Shown here: positions 8,495 through 18,539 of the stretch, in pieces | How positions within the stretch are numbered: position 1 is the stretch's first letter | Layout: each line of letters starts with the position of its first letter | Assembly: GCA_029237825.1 (NCBI GenBank) | Contig: JAQZBQ010000003.1 | Location: 166,001-230,000 of the forward strand | Origin: Bacteroidota bacterium | Lineage (GTDB): Bacteria; Bacteroidota; Bacteroidia; B-17B0; Aurantibacillaceae | Direction of reading: 5' to 3' | Length of the DNA stretch: 64,000 nt | Translations under genes and position numbers: made by a program | The notes under the pieces: generated by a model | What the model saw: only the letters and a program-made list of their open reading frames with translations | What the model was told of the DNA's origin: nothing | The model's database searches: none

Positions 8495-9413
8495 GGATCC
8501 AGTTTTGTCCTTTTTTTAATTTAAGAAGTGTTTTTTGTTCTTCAGATCCTTCTGCAACCTGGAAATTATAAAGCCAACCTGCAGTTGCCGGAAGGCTCAT
8601 TAGAATGGACTCTACCCTGCCATTTGTTTCCAAACCGAATTTAGTTCCTTTATCGTACACAAGGTTAAATTCAACATACCTGCCGCGTCGCAATAATTGC
8701 CATTGCTTTTGTTGGTCGTTAAAGGCATCACTTTTATGTTTATTCATCAATGATACATAAATAGGTGCGAATGCTTTTCCCACATCCTGCCAAAACGCAA
8801 AGTTTTCTTCAAAATTCAAATGTTCGTTATGATTTAAACGATCAAAAAATATCCCACCTATACCCCGTGTTTCCTTCCGGTGAGTAATATAAAAGTAATC
8901 ATCGGCCCAGGTTTTAAATTGGGAATAATAGGAAAAATGATGTTTGTCGCAAACCTCTTTGAGTCTTTGGTGAAAGAAGGAGGCGTCTTCGTCCACAATA
9001 TAATGCGGAGTTAAATCAATTCCTCCACCCAGCCATTTTGTACCATTACTCATTTCAAAGTAACGAATATTCATGTGAATAATCGGCACCATTGGACTTT
9101 TAGGATGAATAACAATCGACACACCGGTAGCAAAAAACGTACTTTCTGTTGCTGATCCCTGAGCCGGTAAACTGTGTTCTTTTTCCTTTACTAAAAAATC
9201 CGGAGTCTTCCCGCTCACAGCGGAAAACATAACACCTCCTTTTTCAATGACGTTACCGTTTTCAATCACACGCGATCTGCCGCCTCCCCCTTCTGGTCGG
9301 GTCCATGTATCTTCCTTGAATTTCCCTAATTCATCTTCTGCTTCGAGGGAAAGACAAATCGAATCCTGAAGCTGCTTAAGCCATTCCGAGATACTCTCTT
9401 TAGTTATTTCCAT
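8487..9413 (-). CDS. hemF: oxygen-dependent coproporphyrinogen III oxidase
   Basis: RPEGGGGRSRV motif, with HPKSPMVPIIHMNIRYFE and GGGIDLTPHY blocks characteristic of HemF. Confidence 0.9.
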   Translation of the reverse strand: MEITKESISEWLKQLQDSICLSLEAEDELGKFKEDTWTRPEGGGGRSRVIENGNVIEKGGVMFSAVSGKTPDFLVKEKEHSLPAQGSATESTFFATGVSIVIHPKSPMVPIIHMNIRYFEMSNGTKWLGGGIDLTPHYIVDEDASFFHQRLKEVCDKHHFSYYSQFKTWADDYFYITHRKETRGIGGIFFDRLNHNEHLNFEENFAFWQDVGKAFAPIYVSLMNKHKSDAFNDQQKQWQLLRRGRYVEFNLVYDKGTKFGLETNGRVESILMSLPATAGWLYNFQVAEGSEEQKTLLKLKKGQNWIHE

Positions 9414-11260
9414 CCGAGTTTTTGCAATTGGTAATCCGAGTACCTGTAAATATATACCGCCCGGTTTTCAAAACCCGTTTCCTCATCAGGCTGATAAAAT
9501 TTAAAGCCTGTGGAGAGGCCTTCCCACCGGTTTTTATCGAGGTTTAAGAAAGATTCAGGTCCCTGGGATTTAAGATTCAATAAATAATACATCGCAATAT
9601 CAAAACCCTGAAAATAATATTCGGACGGATCTGCCGTGTAAAAATTCTGGTATTCCTTTGTAAAGGCTATGTATACAGAATCCTTAACATTAATTTTATC
9701 CGAACTGGCAAAATGGAATTGAAGGGCGTTCAGGTAATCCTGGTCGAGGTTATCAATATTAGCGACACTGTTAAAGCCCATAAGTACGATTTCCTTTTTC
9801 TCGGAAAAGACATACAACTGGGTAATGAAATCCTGAAGGAATACCGGGTTATTGGTAAACAGAACAACTACATTTTTTTTGCCAGGCATATACGCATTTT
9901 TTACGCCAGCAATACCTTTCACTTCCACCACGGAGTCTGTTGCACTTTTCCCGTTTTTTAAAAGCATTTCATGATACCGTTCCTTGAATGCTTTTACGTA
10001 TTGATGATCTTTCGTTATAGAATTTACAATGATTATTTTTGAGTTTGCCACCAATGAGTCTACGCAATAATCCGCAAGGCTTTCTATTAGCGTGAACTGC
10101 GAAGGATTAACTTTACTGACAAGTGGGTTATTAAAAAGAATTTTGTTTTGCTGCGTAAGTGGAGAAACAACCGGAATTCCGTACAACTTTGCCCGGTTTG
10201 AAACCAGTTTAAAAACGTAAGCATATAAAGGCCCAAAAATAACATCCAGCGTTTTAAATTCTGATGTCTTACACATGGCTTCAATCTTAGAAGAATCACG
10301 GTCTTCCACATCGAAAACGTGGATATTTAATTCAAAATCCTTAGTATTTAAAGAATCTACGGCTTTTTTAAAACCGGCGTAAAAATCCAACGCTAATGAT
10401 TGAGTTTGTGGAAAGGCCGATTTGCTTTTAGCAAGATCATCAATATTAATATTATCGGTTTCCGAAAGTTTAAAGGGCAAAAACAGTCCGATATTATATT
10501 GTGCTTTTTTTGGCTTATGAAGCAATGTACTCTCTATAGCTACGTTTGAGCTAACAGTTTCAGATGAAACAACAGTTGGTAAATTGGCAATGGGCGAAGG
10601 TTTAACTGCAGTTCGTATTACCTGCCCCTGTCGGGTACCGTCTTTTAACTCAGGATTCAACTTAATTAAGTTTTCCTGCGAGATTTTTAACTTTTTTGAA
10701 ATACCATAAAGAGTTTCCCCCTGTTGAATCGTATAGGTTTCATAAAAAACGGAGGGTGCGACTGTTTGTGTGGCTGTTGATTTTACTACAGTTTTCTTTT
10801 TTTCTCCAACTACCAGGTACTCACCTTCTTTCAGTCCACTATGTAATGAAGGATTGTAGGAAGCAAGCTTCTTTTCATCTATTCCATATTTTTTGGAAAG
10901 CCCAAATATAGTTTCGCCTTTTGCGATTTTATGGTAAACAAACTTTGTCGTATCAATTGCCAATGATTGTTTTGGTAATAACGTTTCAAACGGAATTTTT
11001 AACTCCTGGCCTTGTTTTAGTCCATCGATGGCTTCATCGTTTTCCGCTAAAATGGAATTGACATCCATTTCATAAGTTTTTGCGATAGCATACAGGCTTT
11101 GACCTTTTTCTACCTTATGGATGTAGTATTTCTTGCCATTAATGGTTTCGATTCGTGAAGAACGGGTTTGCCCAAAACTCGCTCCTGATATCAGGAACAA
11201 AACAAGGGAAAGCGTTACTATGAAATATTTAGATTTGATTTTCTCCATTAACTTCTTCAA
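9404..11260 (-). CDS. LysM-repeat protein fused to periplasmic-binding-protein-like domain
   Basis: Signal peptide, then three LysM repeats (YIHKVEKGQSLYAIAKTY..., YHKIAKGETIFGLSKKY..., YTIQQGETLYGISKKL...), then a ~370-aa type-I PBP-like region. Confidence 0.8.
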   Translation of the reverse strand: MKKLMEKIKSKYFIVTLSLVLFLISGASFGQTRSSRIETINGKKYYIHKVEKGQSLYAIAKTYEMDVNSILAENDEAIDGLKQGQELKIPFETLLPKQSLAIDTTKFVYHKIAKGETIFGLSKKYGIDEKKLASYNPSLHSGLKEGEYLVVGEKKKTVVKSTATQTVAPSVFYETYTIQQGETLYGISKKLKISQENLIKLNPELKDGTRQGQVIRTAVKPSPIANLPTVVSSETVSSNVAIESTLLHKPKKAQYNIGLFLPFKLSETDNINIDDLAKSKSAFPQTQSLALDFYAGFKKAVDSLNTKDFELNIHVFDVEDRDSSKIEAMCKTSEFKTLDVIFGPLYAYVFKLVSNRAKLYGIPVVSPLTQQNKILFNNPLVSKVNPSQFTLIESLADYCVDSLVANSKIIIVNSITKDHQYVKAFKERYHEMLLKNGKSATDSVVEVKGIAGVKNAYMPGKKNVVVLFTNNPVFLQDFITQLYVFSEKKEIVLMGFNSVANIDNLDQDYLNALQFHFASSDKINVKDSVYIAFTKEYQNFYTADPSEYYFQGFDIAMYYLLNLKSQGPESFLNLDKNRWEGLSTGFKFYQPDEETGFENRAVYIYRYSDYQLQKLGWK

Positions 11261-11312
11261 ATAATCCTTAACAAGTAAATGCTATCTTATGGGTAGCCGC
11301 GGCTCAATTATT

Positions 11313-12842
11313 TTATTCCCACTCAATCGTAGCCGGAGGCTTTGAACTGATGTCATAAACAACCCTGTTTACGCCTTTCACTTTATTAATGATATCGTTT
11401 GAGACTTTAGCCAAAAATTCATATGGCAAATGACACCAATCTGCTGTCATTCCATCAGTGGAAGAAACCGCGCGCAAGGCAACAACTTTTTCATAGGTTC
11501 GTTCATCGCCCATTACACCCACGCTTTGAATAGGCAGTAAAATAGCTCCTGCCTGCCAAACCGAATCGTAAAGCCCTGCAGATTTTAAACTGTCGATAAA
11601 GATCGCATCTACCTCCTGAAGCAACTCAACTTTTTCAGCGGTAATGTCACCTAAAATACGGATAGCTAAGCCAGGTCCTGGAAAAGGATGTCTTCCAATA
11701 AGTGAATCCTCTATTCCCAAGGCCTTTCCTACCCTTCTTACTTCATCTTTAAATAAACTACGTAATGGTTCCACAACACTTAGCTTCATGTAATCCGGTA
11801 AGCCTCCCACATTGTGGTGGGATTTGATAGTTGCCGAAGGGCCATTTACAGAAAGACTCTCAATAACATCCGGATAAATTGTACCCTGTCCGAGCCATTT
11901 TGCATCGGTAATGGATTTTGATTCTTCGTCGAATACATCAATAAAGGCTTTTCCTATTGCTTTTCGTTTCGCTTCAGGGTCAGTGAGACCATTTAAGGCT
12001 TGATAAAAAAGCTGCTTTGCATCGACGCCTTTTACATTTAAACCCATGTTTTTATATGAATCCAAAACGTTTTCGAATTCATTTTTTCTTAACAATCCGT
12101 TGTCTACAAAAATACAATGAAGGTTTGCACCAATGGCTTTGTTTAATAAAACAGCAGCAACGCTGCTATCTACTCCACCTGATAATCCTAAAACAACTTT
12201 ATCAGAACCGAGTTTTTGTTTTAACTCCGAAATGGTTGTATCAATAAATGAATCTGATGTCCAGGTTCCCTTACAACCACAAATATCTTTTACAAAATTT
12301 TTAAGTAAATGAGCGCCTTCTAGTGAATGGTATACCTCCGGATGGAACTGAATACCCCAGGTTTGTTCACCATGAATGGCATATCCTGCAACTTTCACAT
12401 CATGCGTACTGGCAACGATTTTATAATGTTCCGGTACAGAAATAATTGTATCAGCATGACTCATCCAAACTTGGGAGTTGCTACTGATGCCTTTAAATAA
12501 ATCGTTCGAGGCATCTACAAAACTCAAATTAGCGCGTCCGTACTCGCGTGAATTGGATCTACCTACTTCTCCACCATAAAAATGTGAAAGTAATTGAGCG
12601 CCGTAACACACACCTAATAAGGGGAGTTTACCTTTAATATGGGCAATATCAGGATTTAATGGATCGTCCTGTCTGACACTATGTGGGCTTCCCGAAAGTA
12701 TAACACCTTTAATATTAGGAGTGATCTCAGGGATTTTGTTGTATGGATGAATTTCGCAGTAGACATTTAATTCCCTTACACGACGGGCTATTAATTGAGT
12801 GAACTGTGAACCAAAATCGAGGATTAAAATTTGTTCTTGCAT
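11313..12842 (-). CDS. guaA: GMP synthase (glutamine-hydrolysing)
   Basis: GATase domain ([16 protein letters not shown]) and ATP-PPase SGGVDSS motif, ending in the C-terminal IEWE. Trimmed to ATG 12842 ([13 protein letters not shown]). Confidence 0.95.
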   Translation of the reverse strand: MQEQILILDFGSQFTQLIARRVRELNVYCEIHPYNKIPEITPNIKGVILSGSPHSVRQDDPLNPDIAHIKGKLPLLGVCYGAQLLSHFYGGEVGRSNSREYGRANLSFVDASNDLFKGISSNSQVWMSHADTIISVPEHYKIVASTHDVKVAGYAIHGEQTWGIQFHPEVYHSLEGAHLLKNFVKDICGCKGTWTSDSFIDTTISELKQKLGSDKVVLGLSGGVDSSVAAVLLNKAIGANLHCIFVDNGLLRKNEFENVLDSYKNMGLNVKGVDAKQLFYQALNGLTDPEAKRKAIGKAFIDVFDEESKSITDAKWLGQGTIYPDVIESLSVNGPSATIKSHHNVGGLPDYMKLSVVEPLRSLFKDEVRRVGKALGIEDSLIGRHPFPGPGLAIRILGDITAEKVELLQEVDAIFIDSLKSAGLYDSVWQAGAILLPIQSVGVMGDERTYEKVVALRAVSSTDGMTADWCHLPYEFLAKVSNDIINKVKGVNRVVYDISSKPPATIEWE

Positions 12843-12917
12843 AATAGCTAACAAAGATAGGGAACTAATTTGTTATTAGCGACAGAGAAAAGAAATGAAA
12901 TGAAATATTCCTTTGTG

Positions 12918-13025
12918 CTAATCTTTGCTCTTCATGAATCTAACAAGGGTATAGATTCCTAGACCAAAAATACCGGCTATAAATAATAGGATAAAATAAT
13001 CACTTAATTCCAGAGACGATTTCAT
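12918..13025 (-). CDS. possible 35-aa single-pass membrane micro-protein
   Basis: Below the track cutoff. Read by hand as ATG at 13025, MKSSLELSDYFILLFIAGIFGLGIYTLVRFMKSKD, with TAG at 12920-12918. It starts 3 nt after the LuxR-type regulator stop, in the same frame. Confidence 0.25.
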   Translation of the reverse strand: MKSSLELSDYFILLFIAGIFGLGIYTLVRFMKSKD

Positions 13026-13028
13026 GGC

Positions 13029-13682
13029 TTAGGCAACCAATAGATTGTTCTTCACAGCAAACATCACTATTCCGGCTGTGTTTGGAATATCTAATTTAGT
13101 CATGATATTTTTACGGTGTGTATTTACCGTATGCGTGCTTAATTCTAATTTATCCGCAATGAGTTTATTGGATAACCCTTCAGATATCAATCGAATTACA
13201 TCCAATTCACGATCTGTAATACCTAGGCCCTGACATGATATTTTATCAAGAACCGGCCTAGAAACATCCGCCGTATTGCTTGAAAGGAAATAAGCAACTT
13301 TCCCACACAAGAACCTCTCTCCATTATATGTGGCGTGTAATGCCTCAATAATCTCTTCTTTATCGCATTCCTTCAATAAATAGCTTCTAATTCCGGCATC
13401 CAGGGCCCCCTGCATTTCTGCACGGCTTAAATAATCGGTAATTGCCAAAACCTGAAGGCGTTTAAATGTTTTAGTGATAAATGAAATTTGTTTTGCGCTT
13501 AGCCCAAATGACTGAAAATCAAGAACAAGAATCTTCGGTTTGCTTTTTCGGATGCAGGATAGCAAATTCTCAAAGCACTCATCTTCGGTATAATCCACTT
13601 CAAAATTTGATGATGTATTTAACAACGTAAAAAGACCTAATCTGCTCAGGTAATTTTTATCAGCTATTAGTACAGAAATCAT
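13029..13682 (-). CDS. NarL/FixJ (LuxR-type) response regulator
   Basis: REC domain (acceptor Asp in ILVLDF, T in LAIT, K in YLLK) plus a C-terminal LuxR HTH (TDRELDVIRLISEGLSNKLIADKLELSTHTVNTHRKNIMTKL). The N-terminal acidic pair reads A-D, not D-D. Confidence 0.8.
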   Translation of the reverse strand: MISVLIADKNYLSRLGLFTLLNTSSNFEVDYTEDECFENLLSCIRKSKPKILVLDFQSFGLSAKQISFITKTFKRLQVLAITDYLSRAEMQGALDAGIRSYLLKECDKEEIIEALHATYNGERFLCGKVAYFLSSNTADVSRPVLDKISCQGLGITDRELDVIRLISEGLSNKLIADKLELSTHTVNTHRKNIMTKLDIPNTAGIVMFAVKNNLLVA

Positions 13683-13772
13683 TTCGACGCTTATTTAGAT
13701 TAATTTTAAACAAAGATACATGCTCAGAGGTAAATTCAAAATTTTTATTTCAAAAATTATTAAAAACGAACA

Positions 13773-14354
13773 TTAATTCCATTTTCTAAATCCAATCTTA
13801 AATCCAGCATTTAAAATAACATTAGGCATTGAATGACTGGCGGAAAAAAGATGTGTATAAGCAACCTGAACAGTGGGATAAAGTCCTACAAAACTATCCT
13901 TTATGAGAGATCTAAAAACATAACCCGCTTCTACGTTATATCCTGAACTATGCATAATGTGGGGATTTGTACCACCTATGGACGAGCCGGTGTGAGTAAG
14001 AAATTCTCCAATCATAACCTGATGTCCGTGTGCACCGCCAACACCCGCATACAAACCCTTGATCAAACTGAATCGATAGGTAAGAGTGATTAGAGTTCCC
14101 TGTTGCTCAGGGTTTCGAATGTATAATTCTTTCACTCTTACATCAATTGAGCTTGGCCGTCCGAAGGCATAAAAAAAGGTTCCGAAACTTCCATAAACAC
14201 CTAGCATCGGCGAATTATGATGTTGGGTTCCTCCGGCAATACCAATATCAATGTAATTTTTATGCTGATTATTAAATTGAGAGATAAGTTTAGCCGGAAT
14301 GATATTTAAACATATCAGGCCAGTAACAATAAACACACGCTTCACGCTTTTCAT
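13773..14354 (-). CDS. hypothetical exported protein, possible small outer-membrane beta-barrel
   Basis: Signal peptide, alternating hydrophobic/G-rich strands and an aromatic-rich C-terminus (GFKIGFRKWN). No family recognised. Confidence 0.45.
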   Translation of the reverse strand: MKSVKRVFIVTGLICLNIIPAKLISQFNNQHKNYIDIGIAGGTQHHNSPMLGVYGSFGTFFYAFGRPSSIDVRVKELYIRNPEQQGTLITLTYRFSLIKGLYAGVGGAHGHQVMIGEFLTHTGSSIGGTNPHIMHSSGYNVEAGYVFRSLIKDSFVGLYPTVQVAYTHLFSASHSMPNVILNAGFKIGFRKWN

Positions 14355-14589
14355 AAGGGTAGATTTTAGATTTACGTAGAGTGCTTACATATAACCGGTA
14401 TGTTTAAAAAAAATAATTGCCTCTCTATAAAAGAAAGTTCGAATTCCTTACATTAAATACGCTCGAAGTTTTAGCTGTAGAATGTAACGGTAGTAATAAT
14501 CCGACCAACACACAATTTTTGGATCGAAGTGGCTCCGCAATATTCTTCGGATCGATCCTTTGTGATTATAATGAATAATTTTCTTAAAG

Positions 14590-15510
14590 TTACAGGGAAA
14601 TCATTTTTCCTTCAATAGCGAGTTCAGTATTTGGAAACACAGGACGTGCCTCGTCAAGAAATTCATCCAAGTTACCGTAACGCGCTGAGAAATGACCGAG
14701 TAATAATTGCTTGACATTTGCCTTAGCAGCTATTTCTGCAGCCTGTTTTGCCGTGCTATGAAATGTTTGTTTTGCACGGTCTTTCTTATTTTCAAGGAAG
14801 GTAGATTCATGGTAAAGAAGATCAACATCCTCGATATCACTCGATAGTTCTTCAAAATACCTTGTATCGCTGCAAAACGCATAACTTCTGCCTTTAACAG
14901 GATCGAGTGTCAGCATTTCGTTTTTAATTATATTCCCTGAATTATCCACTGCATCAAAACCCTGTTTTAACTTATGGATCTCTGCAAAGGACACATCATA
15001 TTTTTCAAGTTTATACTTATCAATGTTTCTTGGGAAGGGTTTTTCCCTGAACAGAAAACCAGTGGTTTTTATTCTATGTTTTAGTGGAATACTGTAAACT
15101 TCAACTTTTTCGTCCTGCCAAATTAATTGTTTGGTACTATGTTGGGTTTGAACAAATTTCAATGGATACCCTAATTGCGTTTCTGAGTGTTTATGGATTA
15201 GACCAATAATATCTTCAAGCTCTGCAGGACCATACACGGTTAATTCATTTTTACGGCCAAGCAAATGCATGCTCGCAATTAGACCCGGAAGTCCTAAAAA
15301 ATGATCCCCATGCAGGTGACTTATGAAAATATGGTTTACACTTTGAAAACGTGCTTTATATTTCCTTAATTGCATCTGAGTTCCTTCGCCGCAATCAATT
15401 AAAAAAAACCGCTCAGCTATGTTCAATAACTGAGCGGTAGGGTTACGGTTGGAAGTTGGCGTTGCCGCACTGCTTCCTAATATTAAAAGTTCGAAGGTTT
15501 GAATGGCCAT
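14590..15510 (-). CDS. rnz: ribonuclease Z
   Basis: N-terminal LLILGSSAATPT..RNPTAQLL, the HLHGDH metallo-beta-lactamase motif, and length typical of short-form RNase Z. Confidence 0.9.
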   Translation of the reverse strand: MAIQTFELLILGSSAATPTSNRNPTAQLLNIAERFFLIDCGEGTQMQLRKYKARFQSVNHIFISHLHGDHFLGLPGLIASMHLLGRKNELTVYGPAELEDIIGLIHKHSETQLGYPLKFVQTQHSTKQLIWQDEKVEVYSIPLKHRIKTTGFLFREKPFPRNIDKYKLEKYDVSFAEIHKLKQGFDAVDNSGNIIKNEMLTLDPVKGRSYAFCSDTRYFEELSSDIEDVDLLYHESTFLENKKDRAKQTFHSTAKQAAEIAAKANVKQLLLGHFSARYGNLDEFLDEARPVFPNTELAIEGKMISL

Positions 15511-15529
15511 TACCTCCGAAAAATAATGA

Positions 15530-16375
15530 TTAATTATTAATTACCATCATTCGTTTCGTTGTAATGGCATTTTTATACTTTAAAGAATAGATATAAGTTC
15601 CACTGACAAGGTTCCCTGCATTAATAGAGACTTTGTTTTCGCCTGGTACCGTTTTTACCGATTGCTGCGTAACAACTGAACCAAGCAAATTATACACCGT
15701 GATAGTGGCCAGGTCTTCACCTTCTACATAAAATAGTACTTCCGTATAATCCGAAAAGGGATTTGGCACATTTTGGTATAAAGCCATTTTGTCCTTGCCA
15801 ATGTCACGCAAGCCTGTTGTTGTTGCGGGTAAAATATTAATAATATAATATTTTAAGACCTGACTACTTACCAGACTTCCTCCGGACACATTAGGAGTAT
15901 TTGGACACGATACGAAAGTTGGTGTCGCATAGGCTTCAACATTAAACGAGAGAGTGTAACTTCCAGCCACGGTTGGTGTTCCGTAAATACTGGCGCAATT
16001 ATTCGCATTCCCCGGAAATTTTAAGGAAGGGGATCCGTTTACAGTTCCATTAGATACAGCACTAGTTGAAGAGCCAAGCTGTAAACCCGGAGGAAAATTA
16101 TAATTCACTGTCCCACTTGGAGTTGAGAGGACGAAGCGGTTAAAGCACATCGTAACTCCACTTGCTGAAGTGTCTTTAGGCACCTTTACGGTAATATTTT
16201 GTACATAGGGCTGTCCAACAACACCAGAAATAAAATTGGTGGCACTGTCTGGCCAAACTCCAATTTTGTTACTGGCAATAAAGGTTGGATTTAAAGAACA
16301 GGTTGGCACTGTTTGAGCCCATGCAGACATAAAGGTTGCTGAAATCGCAATAATAGAAAGGTAAATTTTTTTCAT
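15530..16375 (-). CDS. T9SS C-terminal-domain secreted protein
   Basis: Signal peptide. The C-terminus LYQNVPNPFSDYTEVLFYV...GTYIYSLKY...MMVINN fits the T9SS sorting domain. Confidence 0.8.
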   Translation of the reverse strand: MKKIYLSIIAISATFMSAWAQTVPTCSLNPTFIASNKIGVWPDSATNFISGVVGQPYVQNITVKVPKDTSASGVTMCFNRFVLSTPSGTVNYNFPPGLQLGSSTSAVSNGTVNGSPSLKFPGNANNCASIYGTPTVAGSYTLSFNVEAYATPTFVSCPNTPNVSGGSLVSSQVLKYYIINILPATTTGLRDIGKDKMALYQNVPNPFSDYTEVLFYVEGEDLATITVYNLLGSVVTQQSVKTVPGENKVSINAGNLVSGTYIYSLKYKNAITTKRMMVINN

Positions 16376-16489
16376 AGGAGATTATTAAGTTTATAATTGC
16401 TGCTAAATAATTAAAGCAAAATTAAACTTAATTTTTGCCTCGAAAAAGTTTTAACATTCAGATAATCCCAAGTTTTAAACAGGTATCAG

Positions 16490-17413
16490 CTATTGGCGAC
16501 CGGCTAATAAAAACATCACTGCCATACGAATAGCTACCCCATTTTCAACCTGGTCAAGGATGATCGATTGGCTGCAATCAGCTACTTCACTCGTGATTTC
16601 TACACCCCGGTTAATTGGCCCGGGATGCATGATCAGGATTTTTTTTGAAAGAGAATCGAGTAATGTTTTATCCAAACCGTACAACATTGTATATTCGCGA
16701 ATTGAAGGAAAAAATTTAATATCCTGTCGCTCTAGTTGGATGCGCAACATATTGGCTACATCACACCATTCTAATGTTTTACGGAGATCTGTTTCAACTT
16801 TAACGCCGAGACTTTCTATGTATTTAGGAATCAAAGTAATAGGTCCGCAAACTTTTACCTCCGCTCCAAGCTTTTGAAGACAAAAAATATTAGATAATGC
16901 AACGCGTGAATGAAGGATATCTCCTACGATGGCAATCTTCTTCCCCTTCAAATCCCCAATTTTCTCTTGCATCGAAAACGCATCGAGCAATGCCTGGGTC
17001 GGATGCTCATGGGCGCCATCTCCCGCATTCACAATTTTTGATTTAACTTTACGAGACAAAAACTCTGCCGCCCCGGCACTGGAATGCCTCATCACAACCA
17101 TATCCACCTTCATGGCCAGGATGTTATTTACTGTGTCAATTAGTGTTTCGCCCTTTTTAACTGAGGAGGATGCTGCTGAAAAATTTACCACGTCGGCACT
17201 GAGCCGTTTTTGTGCCAACTCAAATGATAGGCGCGTACGGGTTGAGTTTTCAAAAAATAAATTAGCTACGGTTAAATCCCGCAGTGAAGGAACTTTTTTT
17301 ATGGGCCGGTTGATGACTTCTTTAAAACTCTTAGCGGTCTCTAAAATTAACTCAATATCATTTTTAGTGATATATTTTATTCCTAATAGATGATTGACGC
17401 TTAGATTACTCAT
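16490..17413 (-). CDS. pyrB: aspartate carbamoyltransferase catalytic subunit
   Basis: STRTRLSFE, HEHPTQALLD and HPGPINRGVEI motifs. Confidence 0.95.
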   Translation of the reverse strand: MSNLSVNHLLGIKYITKNDIELILETAKSFKEVINRPIKKVPSLRDLTVANLFFENSTRTRLSFELAQKRLSADVVNFSAASSSVKKGETLIDTVNNILAMKVDMVVMRHSSAGAAEFLSRKVKSKIVNAGDGAHEHPTQALLDAFSMQEKIGDLKGKKIAIVGDILHSRVALSNIFCLQKLGAEVKVCGPITLIPKYIESLGVKVETDLRKTLEWCDVANMLRIQLERQDIKFFPSIREYTMLYGLDKTLLDSLSKKILIMHPGPINRGVEITSEVADCSQSIILDQVENGVAIRMAVMFLLAGRQ

Positions 17414-17416
17414 ATT

Positions 17417-17923
17417 TTACAAATATCTTTCTTTAATAACATTCACATGATGTTGGGCGTGGCCACAAATAAAATATCCAAGTGACAACACGTTTGTTTC
17501 CCCGGAAGCCATGTTGCCTTTTAACAACAACTGTTTTTCGGCTAACTGCCTAAACATTAATATTGTAGATAGCCTCACTGAATCAAACTCATCCATTAAG
17601 AGCTGCATATTTGTTTCGGTAAGATTTGCATTGGCGGCATATAAATTTTCATCAAATCCAGGTAATAATTGAGCATCTCCCCTGGCAAAACGTAACGCAC
17701 GGTAACTTAAAATGCGTTCTGTATCAATAATATGATTTATAACTTGTTTAACTGTCCATTTACCTTCATCATAAAAGTGATTCACTTTTAATCGTGGAAT
17801 TGACTCCATAAAATCCAGGGTGGACTGGTGATTGGATTTCAAAGCAGAGATGACATCAGTTTCCGGAATTAAATCAATGTACTTTATGAAATACGGTATG
17901 TGATCTTTAACTAATGGTCTCAT
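17417..17923 (-). CDS. DinB family protein
   Basis: Four-helix-bundle-sized protein with His-containing motifs (VINHIIDTE, GHAQHH) typical of the DinB/YfiT superfamily. Confidence 0.7.
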   Translation of the reverse strand: MRPLVKDHIPYFIKYIDLIPETDVISALKSNHQSTLDFMESIPRLKVNHFYDEGKWTVKQVINHIIDTERILSYRALRFARGDAQLLPGFDENLYAANANLTETNMQLLMDEFDSVRLSTILMFRQLAEKQLLLKGNMASGETNVLSLGYFICGHAQHHVNVIKERYL

Positions 17924-17924
17924 T

Positions 17925-18455
17925 TTATTTATCGATTAATGTTACTCGGTCTTTTTTATCGGTTTCTTTCCATTCAACTTTAACATTTTGAGTTTCGATT
18001 GAATCAATAATCAAGCCCGTATATTTTGCCTGAATAGGTACATGCCTGCTAAAACGCCTGTCAACCAAAACTAAAAGTTCAACATCTATTGGCCTTCCGA
18101 ATGCCAGCATAGCGTCTAATCCCGCCCTGATGGTTCTGCCGGTAAACAACACGTCGTCCACCAAAATCACATTTTTATCCTCAATGATGAAATCAATGTT
18201 GGTACGGTTAGGAATTAATTCCTTCTTACGAAAATCATCACGATAAAAAGTAATATCAAGATCACCGCAATCAACTTTTTTATTAAGAATACCTTCCAGT
18301 AATTTTTGAATGCGGTGGGCTAAATAAATTCCGCGTGGCTGCAGACCAATTATCACCGTGTTACTGAAATCATTATGAACTTCAATTAACTGATAGCAAA
18401 GGCGGGTGAGTGTAACTTCTAATTGTTTATTTTCTAATAAAACTCTAGGCTTCAC
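17925..18455 (-). CDS. pyrR: bifunctional pyr operon regulator / uracil phosphoribosyltransferase PyrR
   Basis: PRTase motif VILVDDVLFTGRTIRA; length and N-terminus typical of PyrR. Confidence 0.9.
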   Translation of the reverse strand: MKPRVLLENKQLEVTLTRLCYQLIEVHNDFSNTVIIGLQPRGIYLAHRIQKLLEGILNKKVDCGDLDITFYRDDFRKKELIPNRTNIDFIIEDKNVILVDDVLFTGRTIRAGLDAMLAFGRPIDVELLVLVDRRFSRHVPIQAKYTGLIIDSIETQNVKVEWKETDKKDRVTLIDK

Positions 18456-18539
18456 CTTAAAACGTTATTTGAATTTTTACCGTGATCGTGTTTAAATTTA
18501 GAGTTATAATCTCAAACAACCAAAACTTCATTTCAAGTA

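Noticed and set aside
14437-14447. GTTCGAATTCC resembling a tRNA T-loop in the 235-nt spacer downstream of rnz
   Set aside because: The flanks cannot form a T-stem, acceptor stem or anticodon arm. It is an isolated chance match, not a tRNA or tRNA fragment.
14520-14560. Imperfect hairpin GATCGAAG...CTTCGGATC downstream of rnz as a terminator
   Set aside because: The stem is bulged, and on the minus strand it is followed by CAAAAATT rather than a U-tract. This is too weak to call.
16929-17393. 154-aa plus-strand ORF and similar long antisense ORFs (e.g. 31028..31471, 27309..27632, 41680..42009, 28738..29040, 61041..61343, 37492..37773)
   Set aside because: Each lies entirely inside, and opposite to, a gene with strong motif-level identification (pyrB, dehydrogenase, WbpD-like, coaBC, WbpA-like, cargo gene, ABC NBD). 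Their sequences are low-complexity or S/P/A-rich, as expected for antisense frames.
18456-18539. Possible PyrR-binding attenuator upstream of pyrR
   Set aside because: No UCCAGAGAGG-like binding loop or terminator/antiterminator pair could be found on the minus strand of this spacer.
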